This document shows, one piece after another, positions 51,179 to 60,325 of a stretch of 60,452 nucleotides of DNA; position 1 is the first letter of the stretch, and the number at the start of each line of letters is the position of its first letter. The stretch is from Haloferula sp. Lineage in GTDB: Bacteria; Verrucomicrobiota; Verrucomicrobiia; Verrucomicrobiales; Akkermansiaceae. A model generated the notes under the pieces. The model was not told where the DNA came from. It did no database searches and saw only the letters and a program-made list of their open reading frames with translations. The stretch is from NCBI GenBank assembly GCA_007126655.1, contig SLAV01000084.1, positions 1 to 60,452 of the forward strand, written 5' to 3'. The translations under genes and the position numbers were made by a program.

Positions 51179-51478
51179 ATGACGACCCTGCAGAAGCTGA
51201 CCATGGTGGGCGAGCGCCTGCTGCGCGACCAACTGCTCGACGTGCTCCGCAGGCACGGCGTTTCGGGCTGGACGATCACGCTCGCGGAGGGCGAGGGATC
51301 GCGCGGCGTGCGCGCGAGCGAATGGGCCGGGCGCAACGTGCAGATCGACACGCTCGTCTCCCGTGAAACCGCCGACGCCATTCTTGAGGAGGTCTCGGAA
51401 AGATTCTTCGAGGACTGGGCGCTCATCGCATACACCGTGGAGGCGCGCGTCCTGCGGGGGGATAAATACCTTTCCTAG
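51179..51478 (+). CDS. sbtB: PII-like regulator (SbtB-like)
   Basis: G.SGWTI...GEGSRG T-loop, VLRGDKY; directly after sbtA. Confidence 0.85.
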   Translation: MTTLQKLTMVGERLLRDQLLDVLRRHGVSGWTITLAEGEGSRGVRASEWAGRNVQIDTLVSRETADAILEEVSERFFEDWALIAYTVEARVLRGDKYLS

Positions 51479-51491
51479 ACTGAAGTTCGGG

Positions 51492-51713
51492 TTAGCGGCG
51501 TTTCATGCCGACGACGAGTACGAGCACACCGACCCCGAGCAAGCCCCACGCTGCCGCGGGCGGCACGTTGTGGCGTTTCTCGACATCGGCCTCCAACTGG
51601 AGTGGCCCGACATCAATCAGCTTCTCGCGTTCGGTGGTGGTGAAACCGCCGTAAGCGAGGAAAAACGCGCCCGCGGCGATCATGACGATTCCGGTCAATC
51701 CAATCAGGTTCAT
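51492..51713 (-). CDS. Small two-TM membrane protein
   Basis: Hydrophobic ends around EKLIDVGPLQ. Confidence 0.7.
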   Translation of the reverse strand: MNLIGLTGIVMIAAGAFFLAYGGFTTTEREKLIDVGPLQLEADVEKRHNVPPAAAWGLLGVGVLVLVVGMKRR

Positions 51714-51826
51714 GCCGTATCGTCCGACCTGGGGCACGATGAATCCAGCCCGGAATCGCGCAATTTGGATTATCCGGTATGGATTTTCCGGCTGCCGGAT
51801 GGCGCGAACCGGGTTATGAACGTGGC

Positions 51827-52516
51827 ATGGACAAGCATGTGATGATCACCGGCTGCACACGCGGGTTGGGACTGGCGATGGCCCGGGCGTTCGCGGCCAG
51901 GGGCTGGCGGGTATCCGGATGCGGGACAAAGCCCGGGGGTGTGGCCCGGTTGGTGGAGGAACTGGATAGTATCGGAGGCGGACACATCATCCGCCCCTGT
52001 GATGTGACGCGCGGTGAGGACGTGGAGGCCATGGCTGGGGAAATCCTCGCCACCGCGGGACCGCCTGATCTGTTGGTAAACAACGCGGCCCTCATCAACG
52101 CGAACGCGCCGCTGTGGGAAGTGCCGCCGGAGGAATTCTCGAAAGTGATCGATGTGAACCTGAAGGGGATCCACCTCGTGCTGCGCGCGTTCCTGCCCGC
52201 GATGATCGGGCGCGGGTGCGGCGTGGTGGTGAATTTCTCCTCGGGCTGGGGGCGGTCCGTCTCGCCGGAGGTCGCGACGTATTGCTGCACGAAGTGGGGT
52301 GTGGAGGGCCTCACCAAGGCGCTGGCGCTGGAGCTGCCCGACGGGATGGCGTCGGTTGCGCTGAATCCGGGCGTCATCGACACGGACATGCTGCGAAGCG
52401 CGTTCGGCCCGGCTTCAGCAGATCATCCCGGTCCCGCGTCCTGGGCGGAACGCGCGGTGCCGTTTCTCGAATCCCTCGGGCCGGGGGACAACGGCGGGTC
52501 GTTGAGCGTGAATTGA
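51827..52516 (+). CDS. SDR family oxidoreductase
   Basis: TGCTRGLG, NNAA, YCCTK. Confidence 0.92.
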   Translation: MDKHVMITGCTRGLGLAMARAFAARGWRVSGCGTKPGGVARLVEELDSIGGGHIIRPCDVTRGEDVEAMAGEILATAGPPDLLVNNAALINANAPLWEVPPEEFSKVIDVNLKGIHLVLRAFLPAMIGRGCGVVVNFSSGWGRSVSPEVATYCCTKWGVEGLTKALALELPDGMASVALNPGVIDTDMLRSAFGPASADHPGPASWAERAVPFLESLGPGDNGGSLSVN

Positions 52517-52585
52517 GCTGATGAATGGACCTGAAAAAATTGAGTCGATTTGATGCTTCCGGGGTTTGATCAATGGTATTTTTGA

Positions 52586-53737
52586 ATGATGAATCTTGGA
52601 ATCATGAGAACCGCGCTGGTGGCATGGTTGGCTGGCGGCATGATTGTATCGACGCTGGCGGGGGATTCCGGGCCGGAGCTTGCGATCCGTTTCGAGGATG
52701 ATGCGGGCGCGCGGATGGCGGTGGTGGGGTTTGACCGGAGCGAGGGCCGTGAGACATTTTTCCAGGAATCGCCGGATTTATCGGGATGGAGGTATCTTGA
52801 CCGGTTTTGGACAGCGGGTGGCGGTGGGGTGGAAATATCTTTGCCGATGGAAACGGCCCCGCGGTTTTTCCGCGTGGCCACTTTCACGGAACCGGTCCAC
52901 GAGTGGGTGACGGCGGAGGCGCAGACCGAGTTGGCCGGGTATCGCATTTTTCACAGTGCGGCGCTAGGCCGCCCGACGAGTTATCATGTGTCCCTGCCGC
53001 CGGCCTATGCGTCGGATGATGAGCGGGAGTTTCCGGTGCTTTACTGGCTGCATGGGTCCGGTGCGGGAATCCTGGGTGTGGGACCGGTCAGCCGCTTTTT
53101 GCGCAATGCGATGGATGCCGGTCTGATTCCGCAGATGATCCTCGTTTTCCCGAACGGGCTGCCAAACGGCATGTGGTGCGACTCGAAGGACGGCTCCACT
53201 CCGATCGAGTCGATTCTGATGGAGGATCTGATCCCGCACGTGGATCGCACTTACCGGACGCTGGCCACGCGGGACGGACGGTTGATCGAGGGCTTCAGCA
53301 TGGGCGGCTATGGGGCGGGGCGGCTGGGGTTGAAACATGCGGAGCATTTCCGTGGGTTTTCCATGTTTGGCGCGGGGCCGATGCAACTGGATTTTCTGAC
53401 GACCGAGTCCGTGATTGTCCCTTTGCCGAAGCGGCAGGAGATTTTCGAGGAGGTCTATGGCGGGGACATGGACTACTACGAATCGCTGCATCCATGGCGG
53501 CTTGCGGAACAGCATGCGGATGGCCTGCCGGACGACTTCCGGATCCGTGTCATGGTCGGTACCGAGGACTTGATGTTGGCGAACAACCGTTTGTTTCACG
53601 CCCATTTGAATGATCTGGAGATCCGGCACGAATATCGCGAACTCGAAGGAATCGGACACCAGCCGTTGCAGTCATTGATGGCCGTCGGGTCGGGGAATTG
53701 GGCGTTTTACCGGGAGATTTTCGGGGGTGCGGAGTAA
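52586..53737 (+). CDS. Secreted alpha/beta-hydrolase esterase
   Basis: Signal peptide, PVLYWLHG, GFSMGG nucleophile elbow, C-terminal GH. Confidence 0.88.
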   Translation: MMNLGIMRTALVAWLAGGMIVSTLAGDSGPELAIRFEDDAGARMAVVGFDRSEGRETFFQESPDLSGWRYLDRFWTAGGGGVEISLPMETAPRFFRVATFTEPVHEWVTAEAQTELAGYRIFHSAALGRPTSYHVSLPPAYASDDEREFPVLYWLHGSGAGILGVGPVSRFLRNAMDAGLIPQMILVFPNGLPNGMWCDSKDGSTPIESILMEDLIPHVDRTYRTLATRDGRLIEGFSMGGYGAGRLGLKHAEHFRGFSMFGAGPMQLDFLTTESVIVPLPKRQEIFEEVYGGDMDYYESLHPWRLAEQHADGLPDDFRIRVMVGTEDLMLANNRLFHAHLNDLEIRHEYRELEGIGHQPLQSLMAVGSGNWAFYREIFGGAE

Positions 53738-53777
53738 GGTCGGTTCAAACGGGTGGGGGATGACTTTGTGGATGTGC

Positions 53778-53964
53778 TCAGCCGACCAGGACGAGTATCC
53801 CGGTGGCGATGAACACGAGCGTCAAAAGGAGTGAGAAGACGAGGCCGGCGTAATAGAGGAGGTCGCGCAGCGGCTTGGCGGGCCGTCCCTTGAGCAGCAG
53901 GACCGCGAATGTAGAGTTCCGCGAGTGGTCCGAGGAAATAGGCGAGGCAAGCGCACCGGATCAA
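53778..53964 (-). pseudogene. Possible frameshifted small membrane protein
   Basis: TTG overlapping the upstream TGA gives LIRCACLAYFLGPLAELY; a 1-nt shift continues FAVLLLKGRPAKPLRDLLYYAGLVFSLLLTLVFIATGILVLVG*. Confidence 0.35.
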
Positions 53965-54959
53965 GACGACGCCGGCACCCAGACCCTGGCGCCCGCGCTT
54001 CGCGGACCCGGCTCGGGGAAGAATCCTTCGAGATTGCGGCGCGGCTCGAGGTCGGCGATGGCATCGACTGCCTTGGACCAGCGCCAGCGGAAGCCGGCGT
54101 CGCGCAGGCGCAGCGGGGCGGCCCAGCGGCTTTTGAGCACCAGCTCCGGCTCGGTACGCATGAACCAGGCGCCGATGGCCAGCATCCAGCGCGCGGCGGG
54201 CAGCCCGAGCGGCATGCCGACCGCGTCGCGGAAATTACGCATCCATTCGCGGTTGGTCGGGAAGTCGGGTGCGGTCACATTAACGCAGCCGTCGAGGAAT
54301 CCGTCTTGTATGATGAAATCGATGGCGCGCAGGAAATCCTCCATGTGGATCCAGCTCACGCGCTGGCCGCCACGACCCATCGCGCCGCCAAGTCCGAAGG
54401 CGCAGAGTTTTCGCAGCACGTCGTAAACGCTGCCTTCCTCGTTCGCCAGCACCATGCCGGTGCGCAGCGCCACTTTCCGTGTGGCGGCGGGCGTGGGGCA
54501 GCCGAAGAACGCATCCTCCCAAGCCTGGGCAACGTCGCAGGAAAACCCGCTGCCGGGCACGCCTTGCCAATCGTCCTGCGGGCCGTCCTCCGCGTGGCGA
54601 TACCACGTGGCGGTGGACGAGTTCAGCCACACTTTCGGCGGGATGCGGCACGCAGCCACCGCCTCGCCCACGGCGCGGGTGCTGGCGACGCGCGAGTCGA
54701 GGATCTGCCTGCGGTTTTCCCTGTTGTAGCGGCAATTCACGCTGCGGCCGGCGAGATTGATGACGGCTTCCGCACCCTCGAGAGCGAGCGCCCACGGGCC
54801 TTGGCTCACGCCGTCCCACGGCAGGAACATGCCGTCGCCCGACCATCCCTCGCGGTTGCGTGCGATGGCCACGACCTCCCGCCCGCGCCGGGTGAAATAG
54901 CGGCTAAGGTAGCGACCGAGAAAGCCGTTGGCTCCGAAAATGACAATCGTCTGGTTCAT
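53961..54959 (-). CDS. TIGR01777-family NAD-dependent epimerase-like oxidoreductase
   Basis: GANGFLG, VINLAG, SRVAST, GLGG..G.G.Q.VSWIH. Confidence 0.9.
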   Translation of the reverse strand: MNQTIVIFGANGFLGRYLSRYFTRRGREVVAIARNREGWSGDGMFLPWDGVSQGPWALALEGAEAVINLAGRSVNCRYNRENRRQILDSRVASTRAVGEAVAACRIPPKVWLNSSTATWYRHAEDGPQDDWQGVPGSGFSCDVAQAWEDAFFGCPTPAATRKVALRTGMVLANEEGSVYDVLRKLCAFGLGGAMGRGGQRVSWIHMEDFLRAIDFIIQDGFLDGCVNVTAPDFPTNREWMRNFRDAVGMPLGLPAARWMLAIGAWFMRTEPELVLKSRWAAPLRLRDAGFRWRWSKAVDAIADLEPRRNLEGFFPEPGPRSAGARVWVPASS

Positions 54960-54979
54960 GGGTTGATGGATGGTTCGGG

Positions 54980-55516
54980 TTATTTGATGAGTTTTGCTGC
55001 CACCTGCATGGCCATGCCGTGTTTCATGGCGGCCACCTTGTCGGACATCGTCGAGGCGAAGCCGACGAATTCGCGCAGCGCCCGCATCTGGCTGTGAAAA
55101 GCTTTGCCTTCCGGAGAGGTGATGCCCCGGCTGGCTTCCTCGCACTTGTTGAGGATGGCCAGCGCCGGATCGATCTCGCGGCGTTTCCGCTCGCGTGCCA
55201 CAATGGTGAAGATTTTCCAGACGTCCTTTTCGGCTTCGAAATACTCCCGGCGCTCGCCTTTCCGCACAACCACGCGGACAAGTCCCCAGGCGACGAGTTC
55301 CTTGAGATTCGTGTGCGCGTTGCCGCGACTCACTGCGAGAGACTCCATCACCTCGTCAGTACACATCGGCTCGACCGCCGTCATCAACAGCGCGTGGATC
55401 TGCGCCATGGTCCGATTGATGCCCCACTGGGTGCCAAGGGCACCCCATTGGCTGATGAATTCATCGCGCGCATGGCTCAGGGAATCTTGCTGTGCTTGGT
55501 GGGCTCTGCTGTTCAT
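54980..55516 (-). CDS. GbsR/MarR-family transcriptional regulator
   Basis: WGINRTMAQIHALL, SRGNAHTNLKELVAWGLV, GERREYF. Confidence 0.9.
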   Translation of the reverse strand: MNSRAHQAQQDSLSHARDEFISQWGALGTQWGINRTMAQIHALLMTAVEPMCTDEVMESLAVSRGNAHTNLKELVAWGLVRVVVRKGERREYFEAEKDVWKIFTIVARERKRREIDPALAILNKCEEASRGITSPEGKAFHSQMRALREFVGFASTMSDKVAAMKHGMAMQVAAKLIK

Positions 55517-55540
55517 TACTTTCAGATATTACTGAAAGTA
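55517..55540. promoter_or_regulatory. Inverted-repeat operator abutting the regulator start codon
   Basis: tactttcag-atatta-ctgaaagta. Confidence 0.75.
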
Positions 55541-55760
55541 TGGAAACGCAAGTAGATTCGGAAATTTTTTTTGCAACGATCCGGCGCATTTCCCATCCAT
55601 GCGGTGTGAATGGTGAAGCGGGCGTATCAGGGGGGCAACAATGGCATGGCGGACCACGGTTACCGTGCCCATGCCGCTTATTGCCTCAGACGATGCTGGA
55701 ATTCCCATCCGTGATAGGTGTGTGAGTGGCGGGCCGGCCGACCATGCCAGCAACTGCACG

Positions 55761-55790
55761 AATGACCCCGCCTTGAAAGGCGGGGTCATT
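55761..55790. terminator. Strong hairpin, possible terminator or mobile-element end
   Basis: aatgaccccgcct-tgaa-aggcggggtcatt, about 90 bp downstream of the DUF3863 gene stop. Confidence 0.55.
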
Positions 55791-55882
55791 GGATATCCGG
55801 TGGTTTCGATGCATCCGCGTATCGAAGCCGAGGCGGCTGCCGCCCGGATTTTCGTTCTGGCTACACCATCAGCGGAAGCTCA

Positions 55883-57319
55883 TCAGGGCTGTTCTTCGAA
55901 GAGTTCCGGGAGGCGTTTGCGAATGAATGCCTGGTCATCCTCGGAAAGCTCGGTTAGGGCCGTCGGCACGTCCTGCGGCCGGGTGCCCTTTTGGTTGAGC
56001 ACGTTCATCAGGCTCCAATTGCGCGAGTGTTGGCCGGGTTCAGGGTCGGCAGGTTCTTTGGCGGGCAGGTCGTAGCGTGTGAAATCGATGACTTTTTCCG
56101 GGCCGTCTTCCTTCCAGTCGCGCAGCATGGCGAGTCGGAAATCCTGGTTCATGAACCACCGGATCTCCTTGTTCTCCTCGGAAGCGCGGATGCCATTGCC
56201 ACGGTGCACAAACCGGTAGTCGATTTCGTCGTTGTTCGGGAAATGCTCGCGCCAGAGTTCTCCGAACTCGCCCTGGGTGACAAGGTGCGCGTCCGGCCAA
56301 CGCTCGCGGATCCCGGTGAGCCACAGGTGGAGGCCCTCCATGCCGTTGCGGTCGCCGTATCCGTAGATCTTGCGGGCTTCGACAAGGCTCATTTCCCAAC
56401 CCACGGTCACCCAGGCAAAGCCGTTGCGCTCGAAGCCGTCGTCGAAATGCGTGGCGGTGGTCGTCATCATCGAGTGCAATCCGCGCTCGGTTCCCATGTC
56501 GAGGAGGGTCTCGATCGGTCCCACGCCCTGGCGGCTGCGCCAGCGCTCGCCATCGACGATCCGCGCTCCGGGAATGCGGGCGCAGAGGAAATCAACCGTC
56601 CAGCCGTCGAGGTTGACGATATCGATGAAGTCTTCCTCGCTCTGGGCCGGTTTGCAGTGGTGTTCGCGCGAAGGGTAGTAGGGATAGGCGAGCGATCCCT
56701 CGCCGTCGCCATTGTCCACGGCATACTGGCTCCAGATGGTGCCCTGAGCGACGTGGATGCCCTCCTCTTCCGCCAGGTATCGCAGGCTGTCGGCGGAGAG
56801 GAATCCGGCAACGACGCTATTCGGCCGGTATCCGTCGCCGACGATTTCGGAAACCCGTTTGAGCCCCTCGTGGAGGTCGAGGTTCACCTGCTCGCGGCTG
56901 TTGTACATTGGCGCGAAATACGCGCCGGGGATGTATGTGATCTCATCGCCGAATTGATGGTGGTAGCCGACGATGAGATCCCTCAGTTCCTGGTATTGTT
57001 CGCGTTCGTCGTGAAGCGCCTGCCAACTGAACGCCCAGGTGATGCGGCCTCCGGGCCATGCCTTTTCGATGGCCTCGCGGAATACGCGCGCGTCCTCGGG
57101 CCTGTGAACGCTCGATTCGTCGGGCCCGTGGAAGACCTCGCGGCTCACCTCGATCTGGTGGACCCGCACGATGGTGTTGAACGTGAGGAACCGGTTGCCC
57201 ATGAGTTGGTCCGGGGCTGCGGGGCGGGCGGCGGTCTCCGCCACGGCCGCGCCACTGGTGGCGAGGGCGGCGGCACCGAGGCAGAGGTTGCGGATGTTTT
57301 GTATGATCGGCTTGTTCAT
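55883..57319 (-). CDS. Secreted DUF3863/DUF3864-like protein (putative carbohydrate-active)
   Basis: Signal peptide; RFLTFNT.VRV.QIE, TWAFSW, PGAYF, YPYYPSREH, DFTRYD motifs recalled from this family. Confidence 0.75.
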   Translation of the reverse strand: MNKPIIQNIRNLCLGAAALATSGAAVAETAARPAAPDQLMGNRFLTFNTIVRVHQIEVSREVFHGPDESSVHRPEDARVFREAIEKAWPGGRITWAFSWQALHDEREQYQELRDLIVGYHHQFGDEITYIPGAYFAPMYNSREQVNLDLHEGLKRVSEIVGDGYRPNSVVAGFLSADSLRYLAEEEGIHVAQGTIWSQYAVDNGDGEGSLAYPYYPSREHHCKPAQSEEDFIDIVNLDGWTVDFLCARIPGARIVDGERWRSRQGVGPIETLLDMGTERGLHSMMTTTATHFDDGFERNGFAWVTVGWEMSLVEARKIYGYGDRNGMEGLHLWLTGIRERWPDAHLVTQGEFGELWREHFPNNDEIDYRFVHRGNGIRASEENKEIRWFMNQDFRLAMLRDWKEDGPEKVIDFTRYDLPAKEPADPEPGQHSRNWSLMNVLNQKGTRPQDVPTALTELSEDDQAFIRKRLPELFEEQP

Positions 57320-57380
57320 CGGTTTCGGGTATGTGGTTTTCCGTTTGGTCTGTTTCAAGGGATGTGAGTTGGTTTCGGCA

Positions 57381-59585
57381 TCATGGTTCGAGCATGCCCA
57401 AAATGCCCGCACCCATCGCATCGCCGATCAGGAAGAAGCTTTCGGCATTGTTGTTCCAATGGCTGCCATCGTTGACAGGCGATACCGAACCCTCCCGCCA
57501 GAACGGGCGGGTGTCGGCGGTGAATACGGTGCCGGCGAATGCGGGATACAGTTCGGGATCCGCAACCGCGAGCTGTGCGGCGACCAGTGTGGCGCGCGGA
57601 CCGGGTTGGTCGGAGCCGCCGTGGCCGGTCGCGCCGATCGAGATCGGCAGGTCCGGGTTGTCGAATTCCTCCCGGAGGTCGTTGATGAGGTCCACGAGGT
57701 TCGCTTCGTATTCATCGGCGGGTGGCTGGTTTAGGCTGTCATTCCATCCCTGGTGCCAGCCGAAGCCGGCAATGTGATAGCCAAGGCCGTCCCACTCCGG
57801 GAATTCGGACGACAGATTGTGGAGGATCTGGCTGACCTGATCGAGCAACAGCCAGTAATATGCGCCGACATCGCCGCCGCGCGCTCGTGTCGCGCTTGGC
57901 GGACGGAAGTCGTAGTTCAGGCTTTTGCCACCCCAGCAGCTTTTGATCAGCAGGACGGGTTGATCGGTTTGGTCGCCAACGGCCCAGCCGAATCCGTATT
58001 CGGGGCCGAAGTTTTCCCCAACGGTCTGCGGGCCGAGGTTTCCCTTGGCAATGTTCGGTCCCTGGCCGAGGTCCGCGCGGTTCCACCAGAGCTTCACATC
58101 ATCCCGGGCGAGCCAGGAGCTGGAGGCCGGCTCCGCCGGGTTTGCAAGCAGCCGGGCGTAGTTGTCCGGATCGTTCACCGCGAGGTAGCGGAGGCTGCCA
58201 ATCGCACCGGCTTCTCCGGCATGTCCGATTTCCACGCGTCCACGGCCGACCATGTTCGACTGGCCGGCCAGGATGAAGACCCGCACCCCGTCCGGATTGT
58301 CGTCCCAAGTGCGGAAGTGCCCGGTATTCGGGCCATCGAGCGGATATCCCGCGAGATCCTTCAGGTTGTTCATGGTGACGGTGTGGTCGGCATCGGGATC
58401 GAGAGGTTCGGTGGTGGTCAGCACGATCGTGTTGCGGTCACAGTGGAATTCCGCGGATTCGACGGTAGCGAAGCTGCCGCCGTCGCGCTGGACGACGTAG
58501 TTCGCCGGGTCGAGCCCGGAGTCCGGGGCGATCGGCTCGGAGAAAGTGAGGCGGATGGTGTCCCCGTTGCCCCATGTGCGTTCCAGTTCGGGTGGATCGA
58601 GGTTGGGCGGTCCGATCCGGAAGGACGCCTTGGTGGCATCGGGGCCGGGACTCGGAAACGGACCATAGGTTGTAACCGTGTCGCTTTCATGGGCGGGCAC
58701 GGCCGGGTTGATGATCGGCGCGAACTCCTCCATTTCCGGCGACCAATAGATGCCATACATGTCACCAGGAAAGGAGGTCCAGGTGAGCGTGATCTCGTCG
58801 GTTTCCCGGTCGTGGACGGAGTCGGTGATCTCGATCGGCTCGCGCGCGCGGTCCGAGGCGAGGATCTGGATTCCGGCCGGACCGAGGTGGTTGAAGCCGT
58901 CGCCATAGGCATCGAGGTGCAGCGTGGATCCGGAGAGTCCACGGATGATCATGTAGTTTCCCGGCTCGTCCGGGTCGGTCATTTCCACGAGTTCACCGTC
59001 GGGTTCGGAATCCAGGATTGTGAACCTGCGCTCCGCCTCGCCGTTGACGCGGATGCGGCCGCGGGCGTTTCCGATCAGCCCGGCATTTACGCCGAAATAG
59101 ACGGCGAGGTCGTATGCTTCGAACGGGATGTCGGTGATTTCCATGATGGCTTGCAGCGAGCCGTCGCCGGGATCGAAGGTGCCGTGGATCTTGCCGTCGA
59201 GCATCGAGGCCGTCGGGATGCCGTGGGTCGCCGCGCTGCGCGTGTTCGTCCAGAGATACGGCGAGTCGTTGCGTCTTTGCACGATCCGGAGAGTGGCCGA
59301 AGATCCCAGGGCCGATGAGATGTTGCTCTTACCGGGCTTTCCTTTGACATTCTGCCATCCGGAAGAGGTGAATCCCGGCGCGCCGATTTCGTCGCCCGAA
59401 TCGACCCGCACGGTCTCCTGTGCCGCGGGCTGGGCCCATACATCGCCTGAATTTTGGCGACCGAATCCATACAGATTCACGCTGAAGAGGTCCTGAGCGG
59501 TGGCGGGCAGGATCAGAGCCGAAAGTTTCAGACAAAGGCCGGTGGCTTGAAGCGTGCGCGTGACGCGCCGGGTTCGCAGGTGCAT
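57381..59585 (-). CDS. Secreted multidomain SASA-type (sialate O-acetylesterase-like SGNH) esterase
   Basis: ILAGQSNM, FGPE, WGGKSL, GWHQGWND, SHWNNN; Ig-like LTFSEPI domain; N-terminal beta domain. Confidence 0.85.
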   Translation of the reverse strand: MHLRTRRVTRTLQATGLCLKLSALILPATAQDLFSVNLYGFGRQNSGDVWAQPAAQETVRVDSGDEIGAPGFTSSGWQNVKGKPGKSNISSALGSSATLRIVQRRNDSPYLWTNTRSAATHGIPTASMLDGKIHGTFDPGDGSLQAIMEITDIPFEAYDLAVYFGVNAGLIGNARGRIRVNGEAERRFTILDSEPDGELVEMTDPDEPGNYMIIRGLSGSTLHLDAYGDGFNHLGPAGIQILASDRAREPIEITDSVHDRETDEITLTWTSFPGDMYGIYWSPEMEEFAPIINPAVPAHESDTVTTYGPFPSPGPDATKASFRIGPPNLDPPELERTWGNGDTIRLTFSEPIAPDSGLDPANYVVQRDGGSFATVESAEFHCDRNTIVLTTTEPLDPDADHTVTMNNLKDLAGYPLDGPNTGHFRTWDDNPDGVRVFILAGQSNMVGRGRVEIGHAGEAGAIGSLRYLAVNDPDNYARLLANPAEPASSSWLARDDVKLWWNRADLGQGPNIAKGNLGPQTVGENFGPEYGFGWAVGDQTDQPVLLIKSCWGGKSLNYDFRPPSATRARGGDVGAYYWLLLDQVSQILHNLSSEFPEWDGLGYHIAGFGWHQGWNDSLNQPPADEYEANLVDLINDLREEFDNPDLPISIGATGHGGSDQPGPRATLVAAQLAVADPELYPAFAGTVFTADTRPFWREGSVSPVNDGSHWNNNAESFFLIGDAMGAGILGMLEP

Positions 59586-59855
59586 GGATGATGTGGATGG
59601 ATCGGCTTTTCTGGACCGGGGCTGTATTTCGGGTGAAATGACTATTTTACCGCGGGCAGAGATTACCCTAATCGCAAGGATGCCTTCGTCAACTCCCGGG
59701 GGGCATTGGAGGCAGGTTGTTTCGAAGCAACAAGAGCGGCACTGGTCGGCGCTTCCACATCGCGCGGATTTGGTGCTCCCATTGAATCATCTTTCGATAC
59801 CCTCGGGACGATCCTGATCATCAGGCGTGGTGAGGAGGTGGATGTCTTGAGGAAA

Positions 59856-60325
59856 TCAGATCCGGCGTCGGCGCATGAGCAGCAGTCCGCCCGGGCCGAG
59901 CAGGATGGCGGAGCCCGGCTCGGGAATCTCGAGGATCTGGAACCCGGCGACGCCGCCGTGGTTGAATCCGTCTCCGTAAACCAGCGCGCTGAACGAGTCA
60001 CCGGTCAGATTGCGGTAATGGATGTAGTTTCCGCTTGGTTGCGCTTCTCGATGACGGCGAAAGTGGCGGTGGATGAATCCGAGCCGTTAATGGTCGCGGT
60101 GCCGAGGGCCGGGTAAGCGAACACATTGATGTCGTCCCAGACCGTGGTTGACCAGACGCCGGCTTCCTTGCCGTTGACCCGGACGGTGTCCCGCCAGGAC
60201 TCCTGGAGGTATGCATCCGCCCTGTTACTGCCCGGACTCCATAGATTCACGCTGAACAAGGTCGCCGCATGCGAGGCTCCGGCCAACGCGGCCGTGAGGA
60301 CGAAAATGGATGTGATCGGCTTCAT
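59856..60325 (-). pseudogene. PEP-CTERM protein broken by an internal deletion and frameshift near 60032
   Basis: One frame gives MKPITS...EKRNQA; another frame gives GNYIHYRNL...IPEPGSAILLGPGGLLLMRRRRI*. Confidence 0.8.
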
